DNA from: a virus
Taxonomy: Duplodnaviria; Heunggongvirae; Uroviricota; Caudoviricetes
IMG/VR virus record: IMGVR_UViG_2778261503_000006
Length of the DNA: 64,000 nucleotides
Reading direction: 5' to 3' (one strand)
Shown here: positions 28,215 through 36,787 of the stretch, one piece after another
Layout of the letters: the number at the start of each line of letters is the position of its first letter
How positions within the stretch are numbered: position 1 is the first letter of the stretch
Notes under the pieces: model-generated
What the model was told of the DNA's origin: nothing
The model's database searches: none
The model's input: only the letters and a program-made list of their open reading frames with translations
Position numbers and translations under genes: made by a program

Positions 28215-28343
28215 ATGGATTTTTGGGCGTTTGCCGATAAAAACCCGGAGTGGACATTATTGTTTCTGCTGGTGGTTGCATACGGGGTAGAGCAAGCGGC
28301 AAAAGCCTTACGCGGTTCTGGCAAAAAGCGTAAGCGTAATTAA
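28215..28343 (+). CDS. candidate 42-aa small membrane protein (below the track's size cut-off)
   Basis: ATG 28215 preceded by AAGGTGG; hydrophobic core TLLFLLVVAYGV and K/R-rich tail; ends 10 nt before a tRNA. Confidence 0.25.
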   Translation: MDFWAFADKNPEWTLLFLLVVAYGVEQAAKALRGSGKKRKRN

Positions 28344-28352
28344 CAGTAATCT

Positions 28353-28428
28353 GGCCCTTTAGCTCAGTGGTTAGAGCGGGCGACTCATAATCGCACGGTC
28401 ACCGGTTCAAGTCCGGTAGGGGCCACCA
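28353..28428 (+). tRNA. tRNA with anticodon CAU (elongator Met or Ile2/lysidine type)
   Basis: acceptor ggccctt/aggggcc with G1-C72, D-arm gctc/gagc, anticodon loop ctCATaa, T-loop ttcaagt, 3' CCA. Confidence 0.8.
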
Positions 28429-28880
28429 CATTTGGTTGTAACACGGCGTATGGCACATGCGTCGTTAGCGGTCTGGTGTAGCTGTTAGGTACCTTTTACT
28501 AACACTGCATGGGCACACCAGGTAGCCGGAATGTGCAAGCCCCGTTCATAGCGTCGGACTGCGGATTCACCATCCTGGCGATTCGGTGTGACAGCCGGAA
28601 GAGCACGGCGCACAACAGGAAAAGGCGTTTAATTAGCGTGAGCGCCGTTTCCGTTGTGGTAATTGCGGCTATGCGCTCGTGACGAAGCCATTTTCATTCA
28701 CTACGTTCTGATAAGTGACGTCGCCAGGAGTGGCTAACCTGGCAGGTGGAGGCACCACCGCCACAACTCCTTTCAATTCATCATATAGCCGCTCAGGCTG
28801 TACCCCTTAATTAATACGAAGTTACGACATCACTACCGGTACTTCCGGGGGATAGTCGCGCGTGTAAAAAAGGAAACGTT

Positions 28881-29456
28881 ATGTTAATGGCGAACGATAA
28901 CGCATATACAGAAGAAGATCTCATTTTGAGTGACTTCATAGGGAAGCGTGAACGCTGGACCCAAAAGCGAGAGGAAATTTACGCCTCATTAGTTCGCAAA
29001 GGCGTCAATATCGAAACCGCACAGAGCGGCGATATGACAGTGGTAAGCGTTGGATTGCACGGTGTAAGCGTGTCAGCAATCAATCATGAGCCATACGTTG
29101 CGTTATCCGAGTCAATGGTAAGGTTAGTTAAGTTCCTGAAATACACAGAAGCGAATAATGTAATCATTGGCAAAAAGAATATCCCTTTTTCCTCGGCTTT
29201 TTACTGGATGATGAAAGGGCTTGATGCCCGGCGGACATCATGGCCCAAAGGGAGCTATATATCGATGTTCCGTGGCAGTATTGGCAGCAAAGAAAAGCTC
29301 TTCGAATTCTTGCCGGAAGAGGCATTCGATATTGTGGAAGGGTGCGATGTGATGGTGATGCCTCGCCTGGTAATGATGAATGGGGATTTACAGGCGCAGA
29401 CAGACTGGTTTGCAACTGGTGTGGATATTATCGCGACTGACTGGGAGGCTTTCTGA
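28881..29456 (+). CDS. hypothetical protein with DUF2829-like C-terminal region
   Basis: 191 aa; C-terminal AFYWMMKGLDARRTSWPKGSYI...ATDWEAF resembles the DUF2829 pattern. Confidence 0.45.
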   Translation: MLMANDNAYTEEDLILSDFIGKRERWTQKREEIYASLVRKGVNIETAQSGDMTVVSVGLHGVSVSAINHEPYVALSESMVRLVKFLKYTEANNVIIGKKNIPFSSAFYWMMKGLDARRTSWPKGSYISMFRGSIGSKEKLFEFLPEEAFDIVEGCDVMVMPRLVMMNGDLQAQTDWFATGVDIIATDWEAF

Positions 29457-29848
29457 TGTACGGGACTACCAAATTAAGCACTCAACAGGCCACCAATATG
29501 GAGTGGTCTATCGCTAACTGTAAGATCGAGTCATGCAATGCCACGCGTACTGATGTGGGCCATAAAAGCACTATAACAGGCTATCTAGTAATGACCACCA
29601 GGGGGATAAGGGTTAGATTTCGCTGGAAAGCAGAGCAAGTAACCCCATTCAGAGAGCCATCAATGCCGCTGCAGGTTGAGCAGGATTATCTATGTTTACC
29701 AGAAATAGATGGAGGAATGCTGGTGGAGTCTGATGGTAGTAAGGCTGATTTTGAAGCCAATTTGAAGCTGGCACAGGCCGTAATCAATAGTTATCGCGGA
29801 CAGTGGATCGCAAAAGTGAAACATGTTGTTCGTTTGTCTCGCTGGTAG
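29456..29848 (+). CDS. hypothetical protein
   Basis: 130-aa ORF, start overlaps previous stop. Confidence 0.45.
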   Translation: MYGTTKLSTQQATNMEWSIANCKIESCNATRTDVGHKSTITGYLVMTTRGIRVRFRWKAEQVTPFREPSMPLQVEQDYLCLPEIDGGMLVESDGSKADFEANLKLAQAVINSYRGQWIAKVKHVVRLSRW

Positions 29849-29864
29849 CATTAGATATTTAGTA

Positions 29865-29883
29865 TTAATTTTCTAATACATTC
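29865..29883 (-). promoter_or_regulatory. operator-like motif, variant core (attaattttctaatacatt), reverse orientation
   Basis: upstream of Lpa-like gene; second variant ttagatatt at 29851-29859. Confidence 0.35.
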
Positions 29884-29956
29884 ATCTTTTTACCAGTCTA
29901 TACAGTTTTAACATTCTCATTATCATCCCCTCGGTCATTTCCTGCCCGGGGGATTA

Positions 29957-30349
29957 ATGGAACAAATCAGCAGCGCAGAAATTGCGGATATCATGATCAG
30001 GGCTGACTGCTATCTGACAGTCACTGAAATTACCACTCTCGCCAAAGAAAAATACCCTCATCTCCATGTTTCACGAGTAAGTGTAACTAACATCATTCGT
30101 CATTTTGTTCGTTCAAGCAGGGCAATCTGTGAGCTTGATGATCGTGTTTACCCACGAAAATACTGGTTGCATGGCCTGAACGGATATCAGTTCAAGGTGC
30201 GTGGGCGAACCCCTGAATATGGCAGTTTACTGGTTAAAAACTGTAGCAGGAAATCAGTCGAACAGGCGCGAAAAGAGCAACGAGAGCTGGTGGACATGGC
30301 GAATAAGCTGTGGAATGCCGCCGTTAAAAAGCGTGGTGTTGCTTTATGA
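29957..30349 (+). CDS. small regulatory protein (Lpa-like late promoter activator by position)
   Basis: 130 aa immediately upstream of terminase genes; synteny only. Confidence 0.4.
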   Translation: MEQISSAEIADIMIRADCYLTVTEITTLAKEKYPHLHVSRVSVTNIIRHFVRSSRAICELDDRVYPRKYWLHGLNGYQFKVRGRTPEYGSLLVKNCSRKSVEQARKEQRELVDMANKLWNAAVKKRGVAL

Positions 30350-31176
30350 GTCTGGTTAATTGGGAGGAGCACCGCGCCCGCTTTATAGCGTTGCGTGAAG
30401 AAAAAGGGATCACTGTAAAGGAATACTGTGAGGAGCATGGCCTTAGCTTCAATACAGCCAGAAAGCATCTCAATATGAAAAAAAATGAGGTGCGGTCGCA
30501 GGTAAAGACAACAAAAAAAAGCACCAAATCACCTGAAAAAAAACGGGCGGGAAGAGCAACAAAAAAGCTGGAAGAGGGTGCAGAAAAAACAAAATTTACA
30601 GAAATTGACAATTCGCAGGGCGCAGGTTCTTTCCGAAGTATGCCGAGAAAGAAAACTTCGGATCATGAAAATAATTCAAATAATAACAATGAGATAAAAG
30701 AATCTGTCAGGAGATCATTGCGCGAAAAAATGGCGAAAATGATCCCCGAAGAAGATAAAAACGCCCCAAAAATTGAGGGATCTTCTGCAATGATCCCTGA
30801 CGGTGCTGTGCAGCGTGCCACATTGCCAACTACGAATGTGGCTCGCGATATGATGAAGAACGGCGCAGAAGAACACCTGCGGTTAGCAATTCAAATGGCG
30901 CAAGAGCGCGCACTTCAGTATCAAAGCATTGTTGATCAGGAGGCCGAACGTCTACAGGCGGAAATAGACGCCTTGGGCGATAAAGAGCCAGAAGGAATGC
31001 ACCCTGGGCAGCGCCTTCTCGGTCTAATCAGTGACGCGGCCTACTACATTTTGGGATGTTCCCCTCCCACCAGCAGCAGCAGATCATTCAGTCAGTGCAG
31101 GAAACGGGGAGTAGGACGACCGTCACGTCCGGACACGGAACGGGGAAGTCGTCCCTTACCGCGATGTTGCTGTTGA
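30346..31176 (+). CDS. terminase small-subunit-like protein (PacA-like); 3' end probably not as in the track
   Basis: N-terminal HTH-like region; last ~40 aa (PPTSSSRSFSQCRKRG...) look like out-of-frame read of the next gene; overlaps 31056..32456 by 121 nt. Confidence 0.45.
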   Translation: MSLVNWEEHRARFIALREEKGITVKEYCEEHGLSFNTARKHLNMKKNEVRSQVKTTKKSTKSPEKKRAGRATKKLEEGAEKTKFTEIDNSQGAGSFRSMPRKKTSDHENNSNNNNEIKESVRRSLREKMAKMIPEEDKNAPKIEGSSAMIPDGAVQRATLPTTNVARDMMKNGAEEHLRLAIQMAQERALQYQSIVDQEAERLQAEIDALGDKEPEGMHPGQRLLGLISDAAYYILGCSPPTSSSRSFSQCRKRGVGRPSRPDTERGSRPLPRCCC

Positions 31177-32456
31177 TTTTTATGATCCTGTTCCCCGATG
31201 CCCGTGTCATCATTGTTGCTAACAAGATAGGCCAGGTAAAAACAGGCGTATTCAAATACGTTAAACAGTATTGGGCGAATGCAGTTAAGCGTCATGGGTG
31301 GTTGCAGACCTATTTTGTCCTCTCTGACACCATGTTTTATGAGCGCTCCCGTAAGGGGATTTGGGAAGTTCTCTGCAAAGGTTATCGACTCGGCAACGAA
31401 GAAGCGCTGGCGGGGGAACACGCGGCACATTTGCTTCTAATTCTGGATGAAGCATCTGGTATATCTGATAAGGCGATCGGCGTAATGACCGGTGCTCTTA
31501 CTGAAGAAGATAACCGGATGTTGATGCTATCCCAGCCAACAAGGCCAAGTGGTTATTTCTACGATTCGCACCATTCTCGAGCAAAAACCCCAGACAACCC
31601 GAAAGGGATCTGGACAGCAATTGTTCTTAACTCGGAAGAATCACCGTTCGTCACACCACAATTCATCAAGGAGAAGCTTCTGGAATATGGTGGGCGCGAT
31701 TCTATTGAGTACATGGTCAAGGTGCTTGGTCAGTTCCCACGAGAAATTAACGGCTATTTGCTTGGTCGTGATGAATGCGATCGCTCTGCTCGCCGCAAGG
31801 TGTTGTTGGAGAAAAACTGGGGATGGGTGGCAACGGCTGACGTTGGTAATGGGCGAGATAAGTCGGTCCTCAACATCTGCAAGGTATCAGGTCACAGGGA
31901 TAAGCGGCGCGTTGTTAACTTTAAGGTAATGGAGATGCCTGGCACTATGGACCCATTGGCCTTTGCTGACTTCATATATAACGAATGTACGCCGGAAAAA
32001 TACCCGAATATAACAATCGCGGTTGATGCTGATGGTTTTGGTTCTGATACGTGTGCGCAGTTGGTGCGTCGTGGTGCGAACCCGGTACGTATTCGGTGGG
32101 GAAAACCCATGTTTGCGAACAAAGACAGGGAGCGATTTGTTAATCAGCGTGCCTACGCAAATATTATGGCGCGAGATGCCATAAAGTCAGGGCGTATGCG
32201 GATAGACAGTGACCCTAAAACGGCAGAGCAAGCGTCAAAAATCCCCTTTTTACTGAATGAAGAAGGGAAAATGGCGATGATGCGCAAAGAGCACATGCGG
32301 CAAAAGCTAAACATCAAATCGCCTGACCGATGGGATACCTACTGCTTCACTATGCTGGTGGACTATGTGCCTGCTAATGAAGATATTGGTGCCGAAATGG
32401 CAACTTTCCGAGATCAGGTTCTGGCGGATATCGAAATGCCGGATCTGGATATATAA
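31056..32456 (+). CDS. terminase large subunit (PacB-like ATPase-nuclease)
   Basis: 466 aa; Walker A GHGTGKSS, Walker B LLLILDEASG, conserved GYFYDSHH block. Confidence 0.7.
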   Translation: MFPSHQQQQIIQSVQETGSRTTVTSGHGTGKSSLTAMLLLIFMILFPDARVIIVANKIGQVKTGVFKYVKQYWANAVKRHGWLQTYFVLSDTMFYERSRKGIWEVLCKGYRLGNEEALAGEHAAHLLLILDEASGISDKAIGVMTGALTEEDNRMLMLSQPTRPSGYFYDSHHSRAKTPDNPKGIWTAIVLNSEESPFVTPQFIKEKLLEYGGRDSIEYMVKVLGQFPREINGYLLGRDECDRSARRKVLLEKNWGWVATADVGNGRDKSVLNICKVSGHRDKRRVVNFKVMEMPGTMDPLAFADFIYNECTPEKYPNITIAVDADGFGSDTCAQLVRRGANPVRIRWGKPMFANKDRERFVNQRAYANIMARDAIKSGRMRIDSDPKTAEQASKIPFLLNEEGKMAMMRKEHMRQKLNIKSPDRWDTYCFTMLVDYVPANEDIGAEMATFRDQVLADIEMPDLDI

Positions 32457-32483
32457 AGCCCCGCGATGCGGGGCCGGTTGTGA

Positions 32484-33521
32484 TTACCAGAGCTTCGCGG
32501 CGTACTGCGTTTGGGGGAATGTGTATCCGTAACGTTCTTCGATTGCTTTGCCGTATTTTTTACGAGCTTCATTCAGTTTTATGCCGGTCAGGTCGTCTCC
32601 AGAGGCCATCATTACGTCTAACAATTCCAGATCCATTTTATCCAGCCTTGCCATTGCTTCACGTGATGTACGTATCTTACGCTCAATGATATGGCGAATA
32701 GCCGGATCGGCATCCTCCAGCATCTTAGCGGATTTCTGCTTAAGGCTTTCATTGCGAATATCGATGTTCCTTAAGATGTACGACTTCGCAACGTAGCTTG
32801 GCTGGTGTTTTTCCAGGTCACGAACACGATATAAGTTAAAATCGCCGAGAAGGCTGCAAGGTACCGATTCGACGCCAGAATAAATTGTAATGCTCCGGCG
32901 CTCACCAACATTATTGACAACGGGGATCGTTGTCTTCGGTAGTCTTGCGAAAACCAATGCGCCATGTGCGCCAACTCTAAAGCGAGAAAGGGCATTGCTG
33001 CCTTCGATGTTTGTTGTCAGCACAACATCTGTATATGCCTCTTTACGCGCCCGGTAGATCTCGCCTTCAGGCTCAGCTTCAAAGAAGCGCTGTTCTTCTT
33101 CAAGAGCACCTACGATTTGAGAAAAAACCCTATTTTTCAGGCTTTTCTTTATGATTTTGTCGTATTTTTTGAGCAATTGTTCACGTGTAAATGTACGTGT
33201 TGTTGTAGCGCTTTGCACAACAACATGCGTGCTTTGATTGGTGTCCTCAATGATGAATGGGATCGGAGAATATACAGACTCAACAATGTTCGACGCTTTG
33301 CCGTCGGCATCGCGGCACATGTCAACGAAGGCTTTCCATTCAGCAAGACATTTTTCAGCTTCTTCTAATATGTTTTGGTCATGCGTTAATGCAACATGGC
33401 GGAATTCCTCGCCAGCATAACTGGTATCATGGAAAACAGAGTTTGCGACCACCAGCTCTTTCCACCGTTCAGCGGTTTGCAGGAACCGTTTGTACTCTTT
33501 CTCGATCGACTTCTTACTCAT
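32484..33521 (-). CDS. hypothetical protein divergent from the recombinase locus (candidate immunity repressor by position only)
   Basis: 345 aa; operator-like motif 14-37 bp upstream of its start; no motif recognised. Confidence 0.5.
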   Translation of the reverse strand: MSKKSIEKEYKRFLQTAERWKELVVANSVFHDTSYAGEEFRHVALTHDQNILEEAEKCLAEWKAFVDMCRDADGKASNIVESVYSPIPFIIEDTNQSTHVVVQSATTTRTFTREQLLKKYDKIIKKSLKNRVFSQIVGALEEEQRFFEAEPEGEIYRARKEAYTDVVLTTNIEGSNALSRFRVGAHGALVFARLPKTTIPVVNNVGERRSITIYSGVESVPCSLLGDFNLYRVRDLEKHQPSYVAKSYILRNIDIRNESLKQKSAKMLEDADPAIRHIIERKIRTSREAMARLDKMDLELLDVMMASGDDLTGIKLNEARKKYGKAIEERYGYTFPQTQYAAKLW

Positions 33522-33534
33522 TATTCCTACTCGA

Positions 33535-33558
33535 TTTAGTTTTCTAACATAAAATTAC
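33535..33558 (-). promoter_or_regulatory. operator-like motif overlapping the promoter region of the 32484..33521 gene
   Basis: tttagttttctaacataaaattac; core TGTTAGAAA on minus strand. Confidence 0.45.
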
Positions 33559-33731
33559 TATGACAAATTTATGTCGAATAACAGAGTGAGTAAAGGATCG
33601 AACTGTGATTTTTTGTCATCAAATTTAGAAAACCAACTGTATAAACCACGCTTCGCAAATTAAAGACCATGAAGGCAACGTGTTACTGGTCAGAATCAAT
33701 CTGTGATGGATTAAAAAAAATCGCCATTTTA

Positions 33732-33763
33732 TAACTTTAAATAATTGGCATTATTTAAAGTTA
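33732..33763. other. rox-like 32-bp recombination site (14-bp inverted arms, 4-bp spacer)
   Basis: taactttaaataat tggc attatttaaagtta is a perfect 14-4-14 palindrome; its reverse complement matches the rox site of the Dre recombinase as I recall it; ~150 bp upstream of the recombinase gene. Confidence 0.8.
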
Positions 33764-33915
33764 GGCTATAATTATGGGTAGATGATCAGTATTGACATCA
33801 CTGAAAATACGCGCCTCGAATCAAAGGCTTGAATCTTGAAAATTAACTTATAGCTACCCTGTCATTTTTATATTTTTCGCGTAGCGTTATCTGTATATAG
33901 AGGTTAAATAGTTTC

Positions 33916-34944
33916 ATGAGTGAATTAATTATCTCTGGCAGCTCCGGTGGTTTTCTGCGCAACATTGGCAAAGAGTACCAGGAGGCCGCAGAAAACTTTA
34001 TGCGGTTCATGAATGACCAGGGGGCTTATGCGCCGAATACTCTGCGCGACCTCCGGTTGGTGTTTCATTCATGGGCGCGCTGGTGTCACGCTCGCCAGCT
34101 TGCCTGGTTTCCGATCTCACCAGAAATGGCCCGCGAGTATTTTCTTCAGCTGCATGATGCCGATCTGGCTTCGACCACCATTGATAAGCACTACGCCATG
34201 CTGAATATGCTGCTTTCGCATTGTGGCCTTCCGCCACTTTCGGATGATAAAAGTGTTTCTCTGGCTATGCGGCGCATCCGGCGCGAAGCGGCAACTGAAA
34301 AAGGCGAACGAACAGGCCAGGCTATACCGCTTCGGTGGGACGATCTGAAACTGCTCGACGTCCTGTTGTCCAGGTCAGAACGGCTGGTGGACCTGCGCAA
34401 CCGGGCTTTTCTCTTTGTTGCATACAATACGCTGATGCGTATGTCGGAAATCTCGCGTATTCGTGTAGGAGATCTGGATCAAACAGGTGACACTGTCACG
34501 CTACATATTTCACACACGAAGACAATAACGACCGCCGCCGGGCTTGATAAGGTGCTTTCCCGTCGCACTACCGCTGTGCTGAATGACTGGCTGGATGTTT
34601 CCGGGCTTCGCGAACATCCTGACGCAGTGCTGTTCCCGCCGATACACCGTAGCAATAAGGCCAGGATCACGACAACGCCCCTTACTGCACCTGCAATGGA
34701 GAAAATATTCAGCGACGCCTGGGTGTTGCTGAATAAAAGAGATGCTACGCCAAACAAAGGAAGATACCGGACGTGGACCGGGCATAGTGCACGCGTCGGG
34801 GCCGCTATTGATATGGCTGAAAAGCAGGTGTCTATGGTGGAGATCATGCAGGAAGGAACCTGGAAGAAACCGGAAACACTTATGCGGTATCTTCGCCGTG
34901 GCGGCGTGTCTGTGGGGGCTAATAGCCGCCTGATGGATTCGTAA
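33916..34944 (+). CDS. dre: Cre-family tyrosine recombinase (Dre-like)
   Basis: 342 aa; SVSLAMRRIRRE, LRNRAFLFVAYNTLMRMSEISRIRVGDL and WTGHSARVGAAIDMAEKQVSMVEIMQEGTW align block-for-block with P1 Cre. Confidence 0.85.
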   Translation: MSELIISGSSGGFLRNIGKEYQEAAENFMRFMNDQGAYAPNTLRDLRLVFHSWARWCHARQLAWFPISPEMAREYFLQLHDADLASTTIDKHYAMLNMLLSHCGLPPLSDDKSVSLAMRRIRREAATEKGERTGQAIPLRWDDLKLLDVLLSRSERLVDLRNRAFLFVAYNTLMRMSEISRIRVGDLDQTGDTVTLHISHTKTITTAAGLDKVLSRRTTAVLNDWLDVSGLREHPDAVLFPPIHRSNKARITTTPLTAPAMEKIFSDAWVLLNKRDATPNKGRYRTWTGHSARVGAAIDMAEKQVSMVEIMQEGTWKKPETLMRYLRRGGVSVGANSRLMDS

Positions 34945-34963
34945 ATTAAATTTCTAACACATC
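34943..34963 (-). promoter_or_regulatory. operator-like motif (aaattaaatttctaacacatc)
   Basis: starts within the recombinase stop codon. Confidence 0.4.
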
Positions 34964-35017
34964 TTTTTAGATTAACGCCTTTGCTGTAAAGTACCCTCGC
35001 CTATTTAGGAGGGTGCT

Positions 35018-35362
35018 TTGCAGAGTCAAATCACGGAATCAAGACGCTTCAAGGTGGATGGTTACACCGTAACCTTCGCCGCTGGTGTTAAGAACAGTCA
35101 TGCTGTCGTTGTGTTCGGCATCATGACCGGGCTTGAGGCCGTCCCTGTGTTTACCCTCGAAAAAAACTGGCGAAATCTGGAGGAAGCAGAAAGCTACGTC
35201 CGGAAAGTAACCATCATTGCCGCCGAAAAACTCCTGGCCCACTATCAGGAAAATTATCGCACTATGGTCGAGAAGATTAATCTCGCTTTCACTCGCCCCA
35301 CTACCGGCTTTATTGCACCGGATACTAATGCCGGTCGATATCCTGCAAGGGGGTGTCGGTGA
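35018..35362 (+). CDS. hypothetical protein downstream of recombinase
   Basis: 114 aa from TTG 35018 with AGGAGGG RBS. Confidence 0.4.
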   Translation: MQSQITESRRFKVDGYTVTFAAGVKNSHAVVVFGIMTGLEAVPVFTLEKNWRNLEEAESYVRKVTIIAAEKLLAHYQENYRTMVEKINLAFTRPTTGFIAPDTNAGRYPARGCR

Positions 35363-35835
35363 AAACTTATTACCCATCTCTGAATTGTTACCCGTCTTCC
35401 TATCCAGAATTATCCGGGAAGCTGTTAGCTCTATTAGCTAAAGCACCTACGGAATGGTTTAAGCCAGTCGTTATCAATCCACACTTCCTGGGTTACGGAT
35501 CTGTTCGCACTCGTAACGAACTCAAAAACCTACTGGCGCATGGATTCATTCGACACCGTGCCGGGAAAGGCTATCAGTTAGCGATTGCGCCAGAAGAGGC
35601 CGTGCGGCTATTCGCATATCGTGACAGCCAGACAAAAACTCGGGTAATAGCTCAAATACTTCATAACGGCAGCACCTATGCCCGCCAGTTTGGCGGCGAC
35701 ACGTCGCAGTTCTTGCGGGCGGTGCGATCGCTGGATGAGCAAGGAGTTATTGAAAGTTCCTGTCTTCCTGTTCCTACCGTTCCACATATCAAACGTCGGG
35801 TTTACACCTTCACGCAGAGAGCTAAAAAACAATGA
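35353..35835 (+). CDS. hypothetical protein
   Basis: 160-aa ORF from GTG 35353. Confidence 0.4.
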   Translation: MSVKTYYPSLNCYPSSYPELSGKLLALLAKAPTEWFKPVVINPHFLGYGSVRTRNELKNLLAHGFIRHRAGKGYQLAIAPEEAVRLFAYRDSQTKTRVIAQILHNGSTYARQFGGDTSQFLRAVRSLDEQGVIESSCLPVPTVPHIKRRVYTFTQRAKKQ

Positions 35836-36326
35836 TTTACGTAAAAGTGAAACGCCTACATCCGGCAGCAAAACTTCCAGCTTATGCCACCTCCGGATCG
35901 GCGGCGATGGATTTTGAGGCTGTTGAAATAAAACCATGCGTCGATAGCAATGGTGCAATTTCCTCAAGCTGGTGGGTGTATACCGGACTGGCTATGGAGA
36001 TCCCGCCCGGCTGGTGTCTGAAACTCTATCCGCGATCAGGATTGGGCTGCAAAAAACATACTCGCCTGGCTAACTGCGTAGGAATTATCGACTCCGATTA
36101 TCGCGGCGAAATCATGGCAAAACTGATTACTGATCCCGGCGGGGAAGGCGTTTGTCTCAAGCCTGGAATGGCTGTCATGCAAGGAATTTTTGAGCGTGTT
36201 GAACAAGTCTCACTAGTCGAGGTTGAGGAACTCAACGAAACGGAGCGTGGTGCTGGTGGCTTTGGTAGCACATCGGAAGGCCACTTTGAAATTAAGCGTT
36301 CACCGCTTCAGTACGAAAAGTTATAA
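35832..36326 (+). CDS. dut: dUTP diphosphatase (dUTPase)
   Basis: 164 aa; GIIDSDYRGEI and C-terminal RGAGGFGSTS motifs. Confidence 0.8.
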   Translation: MIYVKVKRLHPAAKLPAYATSGSAAMDFEAVEIKPCVDSNGAISSSWWVYTGLAMEIPPGWCLKLYPRSGLGCKKHTRLANCVGIIDSDYRGEIMAKLITDPGGEGVCLKPGMAVMQGIFERVEQVSLVEVEELNETERGAGGFGSTSEGHFEIKRSPLQYEKL

Positions 36327-36340
36327 GCAGAGAAAAGACT

Positions 36341-36781
36341 ATGAATAACATGGCAACGAAAGAGCTTTTTAAGTTCCGTCCCAAATACAAAGCTCACAAA
36401 AAAAATGGAACCACGGTCATCATTACGGATGACAACGGCGTGATGATTAATCTTACCGGGAGCGTAACTATTTCTGCTGGTGGCATCACCACCCAGCAAG
36501 AAGAAATCGACCTTGAAGCAGCCGACTTTTCAGACGCGCTGATGTGGCTGAAGGAAGGCAAGAAAGTTGCTCGACGCGGGTGGAACGGCGAAAACCAATT
36601 CTGCTGGCTGGTTCCTGAAGGACAGTACCCGGCACGAATGGAAGCCATTAAGGGATATTTCCCCGGCGACCTCGTTCCGTATGGTGCTTATTTCGCCTTA
36701 AAAAATGCACAAGGTGTAGTTGTTCCGTGGGTGCCTTCAGTTGGCGACCTGCTGGCCTGTGACTGGTTTGTTGTGGAGTGA
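36341..36781 (+). CDS. DUF2829-domain protein (Tad2-like fold candidate)
   Basis: 146 aa; FSDALMWLKEGKKVARRGWNGENQF...ACDWFVVE matches the DUF2829 hallmark as I recall it. Confidence 0.6.
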   Translation: MNNMATKELFKFRPKYKAHKKNGTTVIITDDNGVMINLTGSVTISAGGITTQQEEIDLEAADFSDALMWLKEGKKVARRGWNGENQFCWLVPEGQYPARMEAIKGYFPGDLVPYGAYFALKNAQGVVVPWVPSVGDLLACDWFVVE

Positions 36782-36787
36782 TTTGAC

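Noticed and set aside
32548-33420. Plus-strand ORFs (32548..32796, 32964..33368, 33238..33420) inside the minus-strand 345-aa gene
   Set aside because: Antisense overlaps within a longer ORF; Cys/Phe-rich low-complexity translations.
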